A stretch of 64,000 nt of DNA, from the NCBI GenBank assembly GCA_040755455.1, contig JBFMAY010000001.1:224001-288000 (forward strand). Direction: 5' to 3'. A program made the translations under genes and the position numbers. This DNA is from Thermodesulfobacteriota bacterium (GTDB taxonomy: Bacteria; Desulfobacterota; Desulfobulbia; Desulfobulbales; SURF-16). Positions 29,100 to 38,199 of this stretch are shown here, in pieces; positions within the stretch are counted from its first letter, which is position 1; every line of letters starts with the position of its first letter. Below the pieces are notes generated by a model. That model did no database searches. It was not told the origin of the DNA and saw only the letters and a program-made list of their open reading frames with translations.

Positions 29100-29612
29100 T
29101 CAGTCTATTGGTTTTGTATCCAGTGGTGTGAAAAGTTTGGTCTGGGTGAAGATGCCGGCGGATACCAGTAGAACAAAAATCACGGCGCCCAGCAGCTGCC
29201 CGGTGCCAAGTGCCTTGACAATGGCCCCGGCGCCGATGAGGCAGGACAGGATGATCAGGGCCGGGTCCAGGATCCAGGCGGACAGGGCCGCGCCGATCAC
29301 CCCACCGGCCAGCAGAAAGATGAGGATGACCTCGGACGATATAAAGGGCTGGGTGAGGAGCAGGGTCAGGAAGGTTCCGGCATAGAACCCGGCCAGGGCA
29401 AAGGCGATACGCTGGGCGAAAATCGCCACAATCGCGCCGAGAGAGCCGGTGCAGAACCCGATCAGGAGCAGCACCCACTGAGGTTTGTCGGCGAGGAACA
29501 TGACGGCGAATTCCATGCCGACAATAAACCCCGCAACCGCAACAAAAAGCCAGAAAAGTTTTCTCCCGAACAGCAGAAGAATAATTCCTAAAAGGATATT
29601 GAAAATTTCCAT
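29100..29612 (-). CDS. Multi-pass membrane protein (DUF4203-like)
   Basis: LLLFGRKLFWLFV...GF; about six Gly-rich TM helices. Confidence 0.7.
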   Translation of the reverse strand: MEIFNILLGIILLLFGRKLFWLFVAVAGFIVGMEFAVMFLADKPQWVLLLIGFCTGSLGAIVAIFAQRIAFALAGFYAGTFLTLLLTQPFISSEVILIFLLAGGVIGAALSAWILDPALIILSCLIGAGAIVKALGTGQLLGAVIFVLLVSAGIFTQTKLFTPLDTKPID

Positions 29613-29807
29613 AAATAATAACTCAGTTTATTGTGTGTTCAATGGCAAGGCAGGCGGCCCAATGACGCGGCAAGGAATCCGGGACGGGTGTCGTGCGCGA
29701 TAACGGGTCAGGGCGGCACTGGTCCGCCTGGCCGTGCTGAGCTGCCATAAAGGGCATGCATGCCGGCACGGCCGGGAACGGATGAGGATTGCCGCCGGCT
29801 GCCCGGT

Positions 29808-30545
29808 TTATTGCATGGGGCGGATGCGCACCTCGATTTCCTTGTCGGCCTGCAGCAGCTCGACAAGTTTAGCCGGGTCGGTTTCGCCGTAATGATAGGG
29901 GTAGAGGATTTTCGGCCGGAAGGCCTTTGCCGCATCGGCCACCATCTCCGGGGTCATGGTGTAGGGCAGGTTCATCGGCAGAAAGGCCACGTCGATGTTG
30001 CGCAGCGCCTTCATTTCCGGGGTGTTTTCCGTGTCCCCCGCCACATAGAGCCGTTTGTCGCCGAAGGTGAGGATATAGCCGTTGCCGCTGCCCCTGGGAT
30101 GAAAGGGCTGGCTGTCGTCCCGTTTGTGGATGAGATTGTAGGCGGGCACCGCCTCGATCTTCACCCCCTGCACGGTTTTTTCCTCGCCGTTGGCCATGGC
30201 CATGCCGCCCGTGAGCTGCTTGGCGCAGGTTTCCGTCAGGACCACGGCGGTGTTGGCCGTGCGCACGCTGTTTAAGGCAGCGGCGTCAAGGTGGTCATAG
30301 TGCTCGTGGGTGAGCAGGATGATATCGGCCTTGGGCAGGGTGGCATAGTCAGTCAGCTTGCTGAAGGGATCAACATGGATGATCCTGCCGGCAAAGGCGA
30401 ACATCAGACTGCCGTGACCGATAAAGGTGATGGTCACATCCCCGGCAGAGGTTTTGATGGTATCCGCAGCGAATTGTTGCTGGGCAGAGGCGGCGAACGG
30501 GCACGTCAGGATGAAGAGCATTATCAAGGAAAATATTCTACTCAT
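29808..30545 (-). CDS. Exported MBL-fold metallo-hydrolase
   Basis: Signal peptide; THEHYDH, AGDT, PYHY. Confidence 0.85.
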   Translation of the reverse strand: MSRIFSLIMLFILTCPFAASAQQQFAADTIKTSAGDVTITFIGHGSLMFAFAGRIIHVDPFSKLTDYATLPKADIILLTHEHYDHLDAAALNSVRTANTAVVLTETCAKQLTGGMAMANGEEKTVQGVKIEAVPAYNLIHKRDDSQPFHPRGSGNGYILTFGDKRLYVAGDTENTPEMKALRNIDVAFLPMNLPYTMTPEMVADAAKAFRPKILYPYHYGETDPAKLVELLQADKEIEVRIRPMQ

Positions 30546-31104
30546 GATCAGACCTCCTTTCCGGTGCGTTTGTATGAATTGAGCAGCCTGCAAAAAGAAC
30601 TCCCTGTTAAGTTGATGAACGGTGCAAGAGCACGGGCGGCCCTGAACAACAAGGCATTCGCTCTCCCGCTGTTTCTTCTGATTTCATGGCTTGGCACTAA
30701 TGTAGCAGAAGCGGCCCGAATGGGCAAGCCGGTAATGTGGTCATTCATGGTTAGGGCAGACAGGCTTTTCCCAGGCAAACAGGCGACACTATTTACTTCA
30801 GGGGATAGTGATTGTCAACAGGGAAGATCGATTCAGCCGCCGGGCCTTGCGCCGCCTGGCATCATGCCACGGCCTTACCTCTTGCCGGTTCGGCGGACAC
30901 AGGGTGGCCGCCGGTTTTCCTTGCGCCGGTGGCGGTCAATTAACTGGAAAAAGAAATTATACCAAGTGGTTTCGCCGACATAGCAAGAAGTTACTCCTTG
31001 ATAACGGCCCCAAAAGAGGATACAGTCGGGAAAGTATTTAAGTGTGGATCAGCGGTCTGTATAGCATTTGATTTGGGGTGGTATGCGGGGCTGTGGAATA
31101 ATTT

Positions 31105-31111
31105 GTTGGGT
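31105..31111 (+). mobile_element. Integron core site (GTTRRRY) at the cassette 5' boundary; upstream sequence possibly attI-like
   Basis: GTTGGGT 10 bp before the ORF; exact reverse complement of the R'' box ACCCAAC after the ORF. Confidence 0.65.
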
Positions 31112-31121
31112 ATATTAATGA

Positions 31122-31514
31122 ATGAATGAGCAACGACGTATAGAATTATTCACTGAATTTGCCACACTTGGCGAAGCAAAGGTTCGACATATGGTCGAGA
31201 CAGAGACTTGGCTTTCCCATGATCCAAGTAAACATATCACCGCCAAAGAATGGCTTATTCATGAATCCACTAATCGTGAAGCGCGGGAAGATGCAAAATC
31301 AGATCGCGCTATTGCAATTTCAGAAGAGGCTTTATCTATAGCAAAAGAAGCTAATCGTATTGCCTCTGAGGATTTAGCCGCAGCACGATCAAGTGCTGCA
31401 TCGGCTGCTTTGCAAGCTAAATGGGCACGATGGGCGGCAATATTAGCAACAATAGCTGCAATTATAGCCGAAAAAGAACAAATAATATCAATGGTCATTT
31501 CTTGGCTCCCATGA
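31122..31514 (+). CDS. Integron cassette-encoded hypothetical protein
   Basis: AT-rich 130-aa ORF filling the cassette; helical with a C-terminal hydrophobic segment. Confidence 0.7.
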   Translation: MNEQRRIELFTEFATLGEAKVRHMVETETWLSHDPSKHITAKEWLIHESTNREAREDAKSDRAIAISEEALSIAKEANRIASEDLAAARSSAASAALQAKWARWAAILATIAAIIAEKEQIISMVISWLP

Positions 31515-31521
31515 CCATATC

Positions 31522-31605
31522 ACCCAACAGTCACTCAAGCCAACCGCCGGGCACGGCTTTTATTTGATGCCGGCCCGTGGCGGCGGTTTAGTTTAGGTGT
31601 TGGGC
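31522..31605 (+). mobile_element. attC site
   Basis: R'' ACCCAAC, L'' CTCAAGC, arms AACCGCC/GGCGGTT, L' GTTTAG, R' GTTGGGC; 84 bp; begins 7 bp after the stop codon. Confidence 0.8.
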
Positions 31606-31861
31606 CTCCAAACATGATGAATAGCCAATATGAAAATATAGTATTTGGGATGGTCAGGATGCAGGATGGGGCGCAGGGTGGGGCCAGACCAAAATAACTG
31701 GTTGATATTTTACGATATAGCGTGCAAAAAACTAATCAAATTGAGGGCGATAATAAGCTTTTTTGCTGGCAAACGCGCATTATAGGTCGGCAAGGTCCGG
31801 GGGATTGCATTCGAAAATAGTAAGTCAACGGCATTGAAGCGCCTCTACACGGAATTATAAA

Positions 31862-32905
31862 ATGAGCACTCTGTCATTATTCAGCGAGGGCAACCGGGCT
31901 GTCCCCGGCAGCACAAGCTGGTATCTCGCCGATCTGGGCGAGTTTCGCGGCAAGCAGGAACTTTACACCCGCCAAGCGCCACAACGGCTGAAGGCGCTGC
32001 GGGAACATGCCCTGATCGAAAGTTCGGTCTCCAGTAACCGGCTGGAAGGGGTGGAGGTCGCCCCCCGCCGCGTCCGCAACGTGCTGGACTCCCCCAAGCC
32101 CCTGTTCCGGGATCGGGATGAGGAGGAGGTGCGCGGCTATCGCGAGGCGCTCTGCCATATTCATAAAAACGCCGCAAACCTTCTTCTCTCGGAAGAGACG
32201 ATTTGCCAGTTGCATCGTATGACGCGCGGCCAGATCTGGGACGCTGGCTGTTACAAGTCCAGGGATGGGGACATCATCGAACGCTATCCTGATGGCCGGG
32301 AGCGGGTACGCTTCCGCACGGTGCCGGCGCTGGAGACACCGGGATACATGACAGGACTGATCACTGACTGGGGCCGCTACCTGGAAGAACGCTGGATTCA
32401 CCCCCTGATCGGCATGGCGGCCTTTAATCTCGACTTTCTCTGTATCCATCCGTTTCGTGACGGCAACGGTCGTGTCTCCCGGTTGCTTCTCCTCTTGCAG
32501 TGCCTGCAACAGGGCTTTGAGGTCGGCCGCTACATCAGCCTGGAGCGTTTGATCGAGCAGAACAAGGACCGTTATTACGAAACCCTGGAGCAAAGTTCGC
32601 AAGGCTGGCACGAGGGTAAACACGATCCCTGGCCGTACATTAATTTCATCCTCTCCATTTTGAGAACTGCGTATCAGGAGTTCGCTGAACGGGTCGGCGA
32701 TATCCAGGCGCCCAGGGGCTCCAAAACCGAGATGATCCTGGCCGCCCTGCAACGCCTGCCGCCGGAGTTTACCGTGTCCCAACTGGAACAAGCCTGTCCG
32801 GGCGTCAGCCGGGAAATGCTGCGCCGCGTTCTCGGTGGGCAGAAAGGCAAGAGCGTCGAGTGCATAGGCCGGGGGCCGGGAGCTAAATGGCAAAAGAAAG
32901 GGTAA
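31862..32905 (+). CDS. Fic family protein (class II, N-terminal inhibitory motif)
   Basis: Catalytic HPFRDGNGRVSR; inhibitory SNRLEG; C-terminal wHTH-like region. Confidence 0.9.
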   Translation: MSTLSLFSEGNRAVPGSTSWYLADLGEFRGKQELYTRQAPQRLKALREHALIESSVSSNRLEGVEVAPRRVRNVLDSPKPLFRDRDEEEVRGYREALCHIHKNAANLLLSEETICQLHRMTRGQIWDAGCYKSRDGDIIERYPDGRERVRFRTVPALETPGYMTGLITDWGRYLEERWIHPLIGMAAFNLDFLCIHPFRDGNGRVSRLLLLLQCLQQGFEVGRYISLERLIEQNKDRYYETLEQSSQGWHEGKHDPWPYINFILSILRTAYQEFAERVGDIQAPRGSKTEMILAALQRLPPEFTVSQLEQACPGVSREMLRRVLGGQKGKSVECIGRGPGAKWQKKG

Positions 32906-33090
32906 CATTCCTTAAAAGAGGGTAATAAAGAGGGTAATAGCGCATGTTTGTCCGGGAATCCGGCGCATACCGAAGGGGGAAAGGGTGCCGGCTTCAAGAG
33001 GTGGCATCGCGGGCCTGGCAGCTAGCCAACGCATCAACCGGGAAAGCCGGTGATTTTAACCTTCGCCGGAAAACACAACGAATCATAAAG

Positions 33091-33119
33091 TTGCATTTTG
33101 CTACAACTCGATATATATT
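33091..33119 (+). promoter_or_regulatory. Sigma70-type promoter of the TA operon
   Basis: TTGCAT-N17-TATATT upstream of the antitoxin. Confidence 0.5.
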
Positions 33120-33151
33120 GCAGCATAAACATTCAGTCATGGAGGTGCAAA

Positions 33152-33370
33152 ATGCCTACGGCAGTTCGTATTTCAGAGGAATTGGTAAATGAAGCAAGAA
33201 AAATGAGCAAAATTGACCACCGGTCGCTGACAGGCCAAATTGAGCACTGGGCCAGAATTGGCAAGTGTGCGGAAGAAAACCCTGATTTGACCTATGATTT
33301 AATAAAAGAAATACTTCTTGGCATCGAAGAGTTAAAACAAGGTGAAAAAACTGAATACCGATTTGGTTGA
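33152..33370 (+). CDS. ParD-like antitoxin
   Basis: AVRISEEL...RSLTGQIEHWARIGK..EENPDL; GGAGG RBS. Confidence 0.85.
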   Translation: MPTAVRISEELVNEARKMSKIDHRSLTGQIEHWARIGKCAEENPDLTYDLIKEILLGIEELKQGEKTEYRFG

Positions 33371-33376
33371 GAGCGT

Positions 33377-33658
33377 ATGAGAATCTATCAATCGCGATCA
33401 TTTGGAAAAAAAGTCAAAAAATTCAATCAGAAAGAAAAAGACGATCTCGACAACGAGATAAAAAAAATTGCCCAAAACCTCTCAATTGGCATGGAGCCAA
33501 AAGGTGATTTGCGGGGTGTTTTTATTCACAAGTTCACAATCAAAACCAGCCTGTATCTCCTTTCATATCGTATTGTTGCAGATGGTCTGGAATTAATCAT
33601 GATTGGGGTGCATGAAAACTATTATCGTGACCTCAAATCCTATCTGAAAAACAGATAA
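33377..33658 (+). CDS. RelE/ParE-like toxin
   Basis: F.KKVKK...G..KGDL.GV..HKF...LLSY...IGVHENYYRDLK; directly after the antitoxin. Confidence 0.85.
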   Translation: MRIYQSRSFGKKVKKFNQKEKDDLDNEIKKIAQNLSIGMEPKGDLRGVFIHKFTIKTSLYLLSYRIVADGLELIMIGVHENYYRDLKSYLKNR

Positions 33659-33778
33659 AAATGGCGAACCAGGCGATTCGCTTGCCGCCGAGAACCTTCA
33701 ATTACGCTCGTGTCGCTCAATGGGCCAAGGAGTTGTCCAGCCATTTGGCGTTAGAGCAGCAATGCATGGGAGTGCTGG

Positions 33779-34627
33779 ATGTCCCTGATTGACTATTTAT
33801 ATGTAGACGATAAACGTCTCGGGGCTTACATTGAACAGATTGGCCCCCCTGTAACTTATGACAAGGTTCCTGTGTGGAAGGCCGAGTTCGGTTTAACCGG
33901 CCCCAAGGCCGCAGCATCTCAAGAACGGCCAGGTCGAGCGATGACGCGGCATGAGATGATTGTAAAGCTTCTCCGGCATCTTGAAGAAAATAATCTTATG
34001 GACACGACGCGAGAACCTGCACGGCACCTTTGGGATGGAACTGATCGTAACGACTTTGTCTACGAAACATGCGCTGCAAGCAAAGTAATTATTCCCCCGA
34101 AACCTGATGCGCAGTTGCGAGGGCTTGTTCTCTGGATTTCAACCGCACCACCGCTACGGACACGGACGCCCGACAATAAATTGCCAGAGAAGGTTAGCGG
34201 TTCTTGCTTACGGCCAGGCATGTTGTGTCTGTTCGAAGACTTTCAAAAAGGTGACGAATCGCCTTATTCTGGATTTCACGTATCAGCTTACACTGTTTTG
34301 GAGTCAATCATCTTAGCCATTGGTGAAAATACGCAAACGCCGATCGTCTCTGATTTGTTCGTGAAACGTGGCCAAAGACACAGGCAAACCCACCGGTTGG
34401 AAGTTTGGGATCAAGCGGCCCTATACATGGAAGAATTTGTGAAGGACCCGGTCGCAATGCTCGAAAACACCGGTTGCCGAGCAGCAAGACCCAGGAACAT
34501 ACGGGTCCTCTATCGAATTCGCGAGTTCGGCCCAGAAGCAGGTGAGTATGAGCAGAGTGTCTCAAGGGGTGTCAATCCGAGTACAAGTGTGTTTGGTTAT
34601 CCTATTTTCATTGCCGCTGAAAGGTGA
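33779..34627 (+). CDS. Hypothetical protein (possible degenerate cassette gene)
   Basis: 282-aa ORF with GGAG RBS and atypical codon usage; no recognised domain. Confidence 0.6.
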   Translation: MSLIDYLYVDDKRLGAYIEQIGPPVTYDKVPVWKAEFGLTGPKAAASQERPGRAMTRHEMIVKLLRHLEENNLMDTTREPARHLWDGTDRNDFVYETCAASKVIIPPKPDAQLRGLVLWISTAPPLRTRTPDNKLPEKVSGSCLRPGMLCLFEDFQKGDESPYSGFHVSAYTVLESIILAIGENTQTPIVSDLFVKRGQRHRQTHRLEVWDQAALYMEEFVKDPVAMLENTGCRAARPRNIRVLYRIREFGPEAGEYEQSVSRGVNPSTSVFGYPIFIAAER

Positions 34628-34735
34628 AATTTGATTAAAGGCCGGTAAGGCGAGCATTAAGGCATTACGGTAAAAAAAATACTGAGCTGAAATAGTGCAA
34701 TGACGCCCCAACCCCTGAACCCTTATTAATCCCCC

Positions 34736-35446
34736 ATGAAAAACAAACTCACCATTGATATCCTGCCGCAGCCGGACGACACCACCTGCGGCCCCACCTG
34801 TCTGCATGCCGTTTACCGCTATTTTGATGATGTGGTGCCCATCGAACAGGTGGTCAGCGAGGTGACCCATCTGGAAACCGGCGGCACCCTGGCGGTTTTT
34901 CTCGCCTGCCATGCCCTGCGGCGCGGTTACTCGGCCACCATATTCACTTATAACCTGCATTTTTTTGATCCCTCCTGGTTTCATCCCCCGGCCCTGAATC
35001 TGCGGGACAAACTCCTTGCCCAGGCCGCATTCAAAAAGGATAATGCCCGGCTGCAGGTCGCCACCCGGGCCTATCTTGATTTTCTCGATCTGGGCGGCAA
35101 GATCTATTTCGAGGATCTGACCCGCACCCTTATCCGCTGGTATCTCCGGCGGTCCGTGCCGATCATCACCGGGCTCAGCTCTACCTATCTGTACCAGGGC
35201 ATGCGGGAATACGGGATCAACGGGGATGAGGATGATGTGCGGGGCGAGCCGGCCGGCCATTTTGTCGTGCTGAGCGGCTATGACAAGGAGGCTCGCACCG
35301 TGTGTGTCGCCGACCCCTACCAACAGAATCCGGTTGCGGGAGAGCAGGACTATGCGGTAAACATTGACCGGGTCCTCTGCGCCATCCTGCTCGGAGTGCT
35401 CTCCCATGACGCCAATTTTCTCATCATTCAACCAAGGAAGAAATGA
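34736..35446 (+). CDS. Peptidase C39-like family protein
   Basis: QPDDTTCGPTCL (catalytic Cys), GHFVVLSGYD (His), VADP. Confidence 0.8.
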   Translation: MKNKLTIDILPQPDDTTCGPTCLHAVYRYFDDVVPIEQVVSEVTHLETGGTLAVFLACHALRRGYSATIFTYNLHFFDPSWFHPPALNLRDKLLAQAAFKKDNARLQVATRAYLDFLDLGGKIYFEDLTRTLIRWYLRRSVPIITGLSSTYLYQGMREYGINGDEDDVRGEPAGHFVVLSGYDKEARTVCVADPYQQNPVAGEQDYAVNIDRVLCAILLGVLSHDANFLIIQPRKK

Positions 35447-35459
35447 AGGAAGTTCACGC

Positions 35460-36941
35460 ATGCAGACGCTGATTGTCGTCAACGATCCCAAGGACTGGCC
35501 GCTGGCCATCGAGGGCATTGAACTGGTGGCGGCCCGGGCCTATCTGACCGATCCCCATTATGCCAAACTGGGCAAGGCCACGGTCTTCAACCTCTGCCGT
35601 TATTACCGCTACCAGAGCATCGGCTACTATGTCTCGCTGCTGGCCGCGGCCCGGGGCCATAAGCCGCTGCCCGACATCACCACCATCCAGGACCTGAAAA
35701 GCCAGACCATCATCCGCATCGCCTCCGACGAGCTGGACCAGTACATCCAGAAGAGCCTGGCCCATATCCGTTCCAAGGAGTTCGTGCTCAGCATCTATTT
35801 CGGCCATAACGTGGCAAAACAGCACGACAACCTGAGCCAGCATCTGTTCCACCAGTTCCAGTGCCCCTTTCTGCGGGCCGTTTTCGTCTATAATGATAAG
35901 AATGAGAAGTGGTTTCTGCAGAACATCAACCCCATCCCGGCCAGTGAAATTCCGCCGGAACACCGGCCCTTCGTGGTGGAGGTGGCCCAGGGCTATTTCA
36001 TGGGACGTCGGCGGATCGTCAAACGGCGCAGCCACTACCGCTACGACCTGGCCATCCTGCATGATCCCAAGGACCCGGAACCGCCTTCCAACACCCGGGC
36101 CCTGCAGCATTTCAGCCATGCGGCGGAATCCCTGGGCATGAACACCGAGCTGATCACCAGGGAGGACTACGGCAGCCTGACGGAGTATGACGCCCTGTTC
36201 ATCCGCGAGACCACCAGCGTCAACCACCATACCTACCGGTTTTCGCGGCGGGCGGCGGCCAAGAAACTGGTGGTAATCGACGATCCGGAATCGATCCTCA
36301 AATGCACCAACAAGGTCTTTCTGGCCGAACTCTTTGAGAAACACCACGTGCTGGCCCCGAAAACCGTCATCGTCCACAAGGACAACGCCAGGGAGGTGGT
36401 TGAGCAGCTCGGCCTGCCGTGCATTCTCAAACAGCCTGATTCCTCCTTTTCCCAGGGGGTGAAGAAGGTGGACACCGTCGATGAACTGCGGCAGCAGGTG
36501 GGCCGCTTCCTGGAAAGATCGGAACTGATCATCGCCCAGGAATTCCTGCCCACCGAGTTCGACTGGCGGGTGGGCATCTTTGACCGGCAGCCCATTTACG
36601 TGTGCAAGTATTTCATGGCCGAAAAACACTGGCAGATCATCAAGCGGGACGCCAGCGGCAACAAGACCGATGACGGCCTGTTCACCACCATCCCGGTGGA
36701 GCACGCCCCGGACCAGCTCATCCGCACGGCGCTCAAGGCGGCCAATCTCATCGGCGACGGCCTGTACGGGGTGGATATCAAGCAGATCGGCAAGAAGTTT
36801 TATCTCATTGAAATCAACGACAATCCAAATCTCGATGCAGGCGTCGAGGATGCGATCCTGCGGGATGAGTTCTATCTGCGCATCATGCGCGTTTTTCTGC
36901 GCCGCATCGAACATAAGAATGAACGGGGGCAGACATGGTAA
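35460..36941 (+). CDS. RimK-family ATP-grasp ligase with N-terminal RLAN domain
   Basis: NLCR.YRYQS.GYYVSLLAAARGH; LKQPDSSFS.GV, DWRVG, LYGVD.K, IEINDNPN. Confidence 0.85.
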   Translation: MQTLIVVNDPKDWPLAIEGIELVAARAYLTDPHYAKLGKATVFNLCRYYRYQSIGYYVSLLAAARGHKPLPDITTIQDLKSQTIIRIASDELDQYIQKSLAHIRSKEFVLSIYFGHNVAKQHDNLSQHLFHQFQCPFLRAVFVYNDKNEKWFLQNINPIPASEIPPEHRPFVVEVAQGYFMGRRRIVKRRSHYRYDLAILHDPKDPEPPSNTRALQHFSHAAESLGMNTELITREDYGSLTEYDALFIRETTSVNHHTYRFSRRAAAKKLVVIDDPESILKCTNKVFLAELFEKHHVLAPKTVIVHKDNAREVVEQLGLPCILKQPDSSFSQGVKKVDTVDELRQQVGRFLERSELIIAQEFLPTEFDWRVGIFDRQPIYVCKYFMAEKHWQIIKRDASGNKTDDGLFTTIPVEHAPDQLIRTALKAANLIGDGLYGVDIKQIGKKFYLIEINDNPNLDAGVEDAILRDEFYLRIMRVFLRRIEHKNERGQTW

Positions 36942-38167
36942 GGAAGGCAACGCCGCATATCTTTGCGGGCTTCGGTGTCGAGCTGGAGTATATGATCGTT
37001 CGTCAAGACAGTCTCGACATCATGCCGGCCGCCGATGAGCTGCTGCTGGCCGCCGCGGGCAGGGTGCAGAATGAGGTGGAGCTGGAGGACATGGCCTGGT
37101 CCAACGAGCTGGCCCTGCACGTGGTGGAGCTCAAAACCAACGGGCCGGTGGCTTCGCTTGCCGGCGTGGCCGGCCGCTTCCAGGAGCACATCGGCCGGGT
37201 GAACAGCCTGCTCGCAGGTATCGGGGCGCGGCTCATGCCCACGGCCATGCATCCGTGGATGGACCCGCACCGGGAGACCAGGCTGTGGCCCCACGGCAGC
37301 CGGGTCATCTACGAGGCATACAACCGCATCTTCGGCTGCCAGGGGCACGGCTGGTCCAATGTCCAGTCCACCCATCTCAACCTGGCCTTTAACGGGGACG
37401 ACGAGTTCGGCCGGCTGCATGCGGCAATCCGCCTGCTGCTGCCCGTGCTGCCGGCACTCGCCGCAAGTTCCCCGCTGGCGGACGGCGGGCCGAGCGGCCT
37501 GCTCGATACCCGGCTGGAATATTACCGCGCCAACCAGCAGCGCGTTCCCTCCATAACCGGGGCGGTGATTCCGGAGCAGGCCTATACCAGAAAGGACTAT
37601 GAGGAGATGATTCTCAGCCGCAACTACGAGGATATCGCCCCCTTTGATCCGGACGGCATTCTGCAGTTTGAGTGGCTCAACTCCCGCGGCGCCATTGCCC
37701 GTTTTGACCGGTCGGCCATCGAGATCCGCCTGCTCGATATCCAGGAATGCCCTAGGGCTGATCTGGCGGTGGCCTCGGCCATTGTCGCGGCGCTGCGGGC
37801 TCTGGTGGCGGAGCGCTGGCAGCCGTTTGCCGCCCAGGCCGCCGTTGCCGTGGCCCCCCTGGCCGGGCTGTTCACCTCCAGCATCCGCGAGGCGGACCGC
37901 ACGGTTATTGCTGACCGCGGCTATCTTGATCTTTTCGGCATGCAGGAGGACAAGATGACCGCCGGCGAATTCTGGCAGGCCCTGGTGGAAAAAACCATGG
38001 AGCCGGATGACCCGTACCGGCCCGCCCTGGATGTTATTTTAAGCCATGGCCCCCTTGGCCGGCGGATATTGAAGGCGGTGGACCGCGACTTTGCGCGGGA
38101 AAAGCTGCAGGAGGTTTACGGCCGGCTCTGTTCCTGCCTGGCCGCGGGCGAGATGTTTATCGCCTGA
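36935..38167 (+). CDS. Glutamate--cysteine ligase family 2 (GCS2) amidoligase
   Basis: GVELEYMIV, NELALHVVELKT, AMHP, ASSP, IEIRLLD. Confidence 0.85.
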   Translation: MVRKATPHIFAGFGVELEYMIVRQDSLDIMPAADELLLAAAGRVQNEVELEDMAWSNELALHVVELKTNGPVASLAGVAGRFQEHIGRVNSLLAGIGARLMPTAMHPWMDPHRETRLWPHGSRVIYEAYNRIFGCQGHGWSNVQSTHLNLAFNGDDEFGRLHAAIRLLLPVLPALAASSPLADGGPSGLLDTRLEYYRANQQRVPSITGAVIPEQAYTRKDYEEMILSRNYEDIAPFDPDGILQFEWLNSRGAIARFDRSAIEIRLLDIQECPRADLAVASAIVAALRALVAERWQPFAAQAAVAVAPLAGLFTSSIREADRTVIADRGYLDLFGMQEDKMTAGEFWQALVEKTMEPDDPYRPALDVILSHGPLGRRILKAVDRDFAREKLQEVYGRLCSCLAAGEMFIA

Positions 38168-38199
38168 ACCGCAGGCAGGTCGCATGGAGGAAAAAACAC

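Noticed and set aside
29074..29478. N-terminal extension of the MAT ORF
   Set aside because: It overlaps the upstream membrane-protein gene in another frame; MAT similarity starts at 29073.
30690..30730. Sigma54-like TGGCAC-N5-TAGCA on the plus strand
   Set aside because: It is better explained as the reverse of a sigma70 promoter (TTGCCC-N17-TACATT) for the minus-strand MBL gene.
32895..32940. GGGTAA-containing short direct repeats after fic
   Set aside because: Too short and too few for a CRISPR or iteron array.
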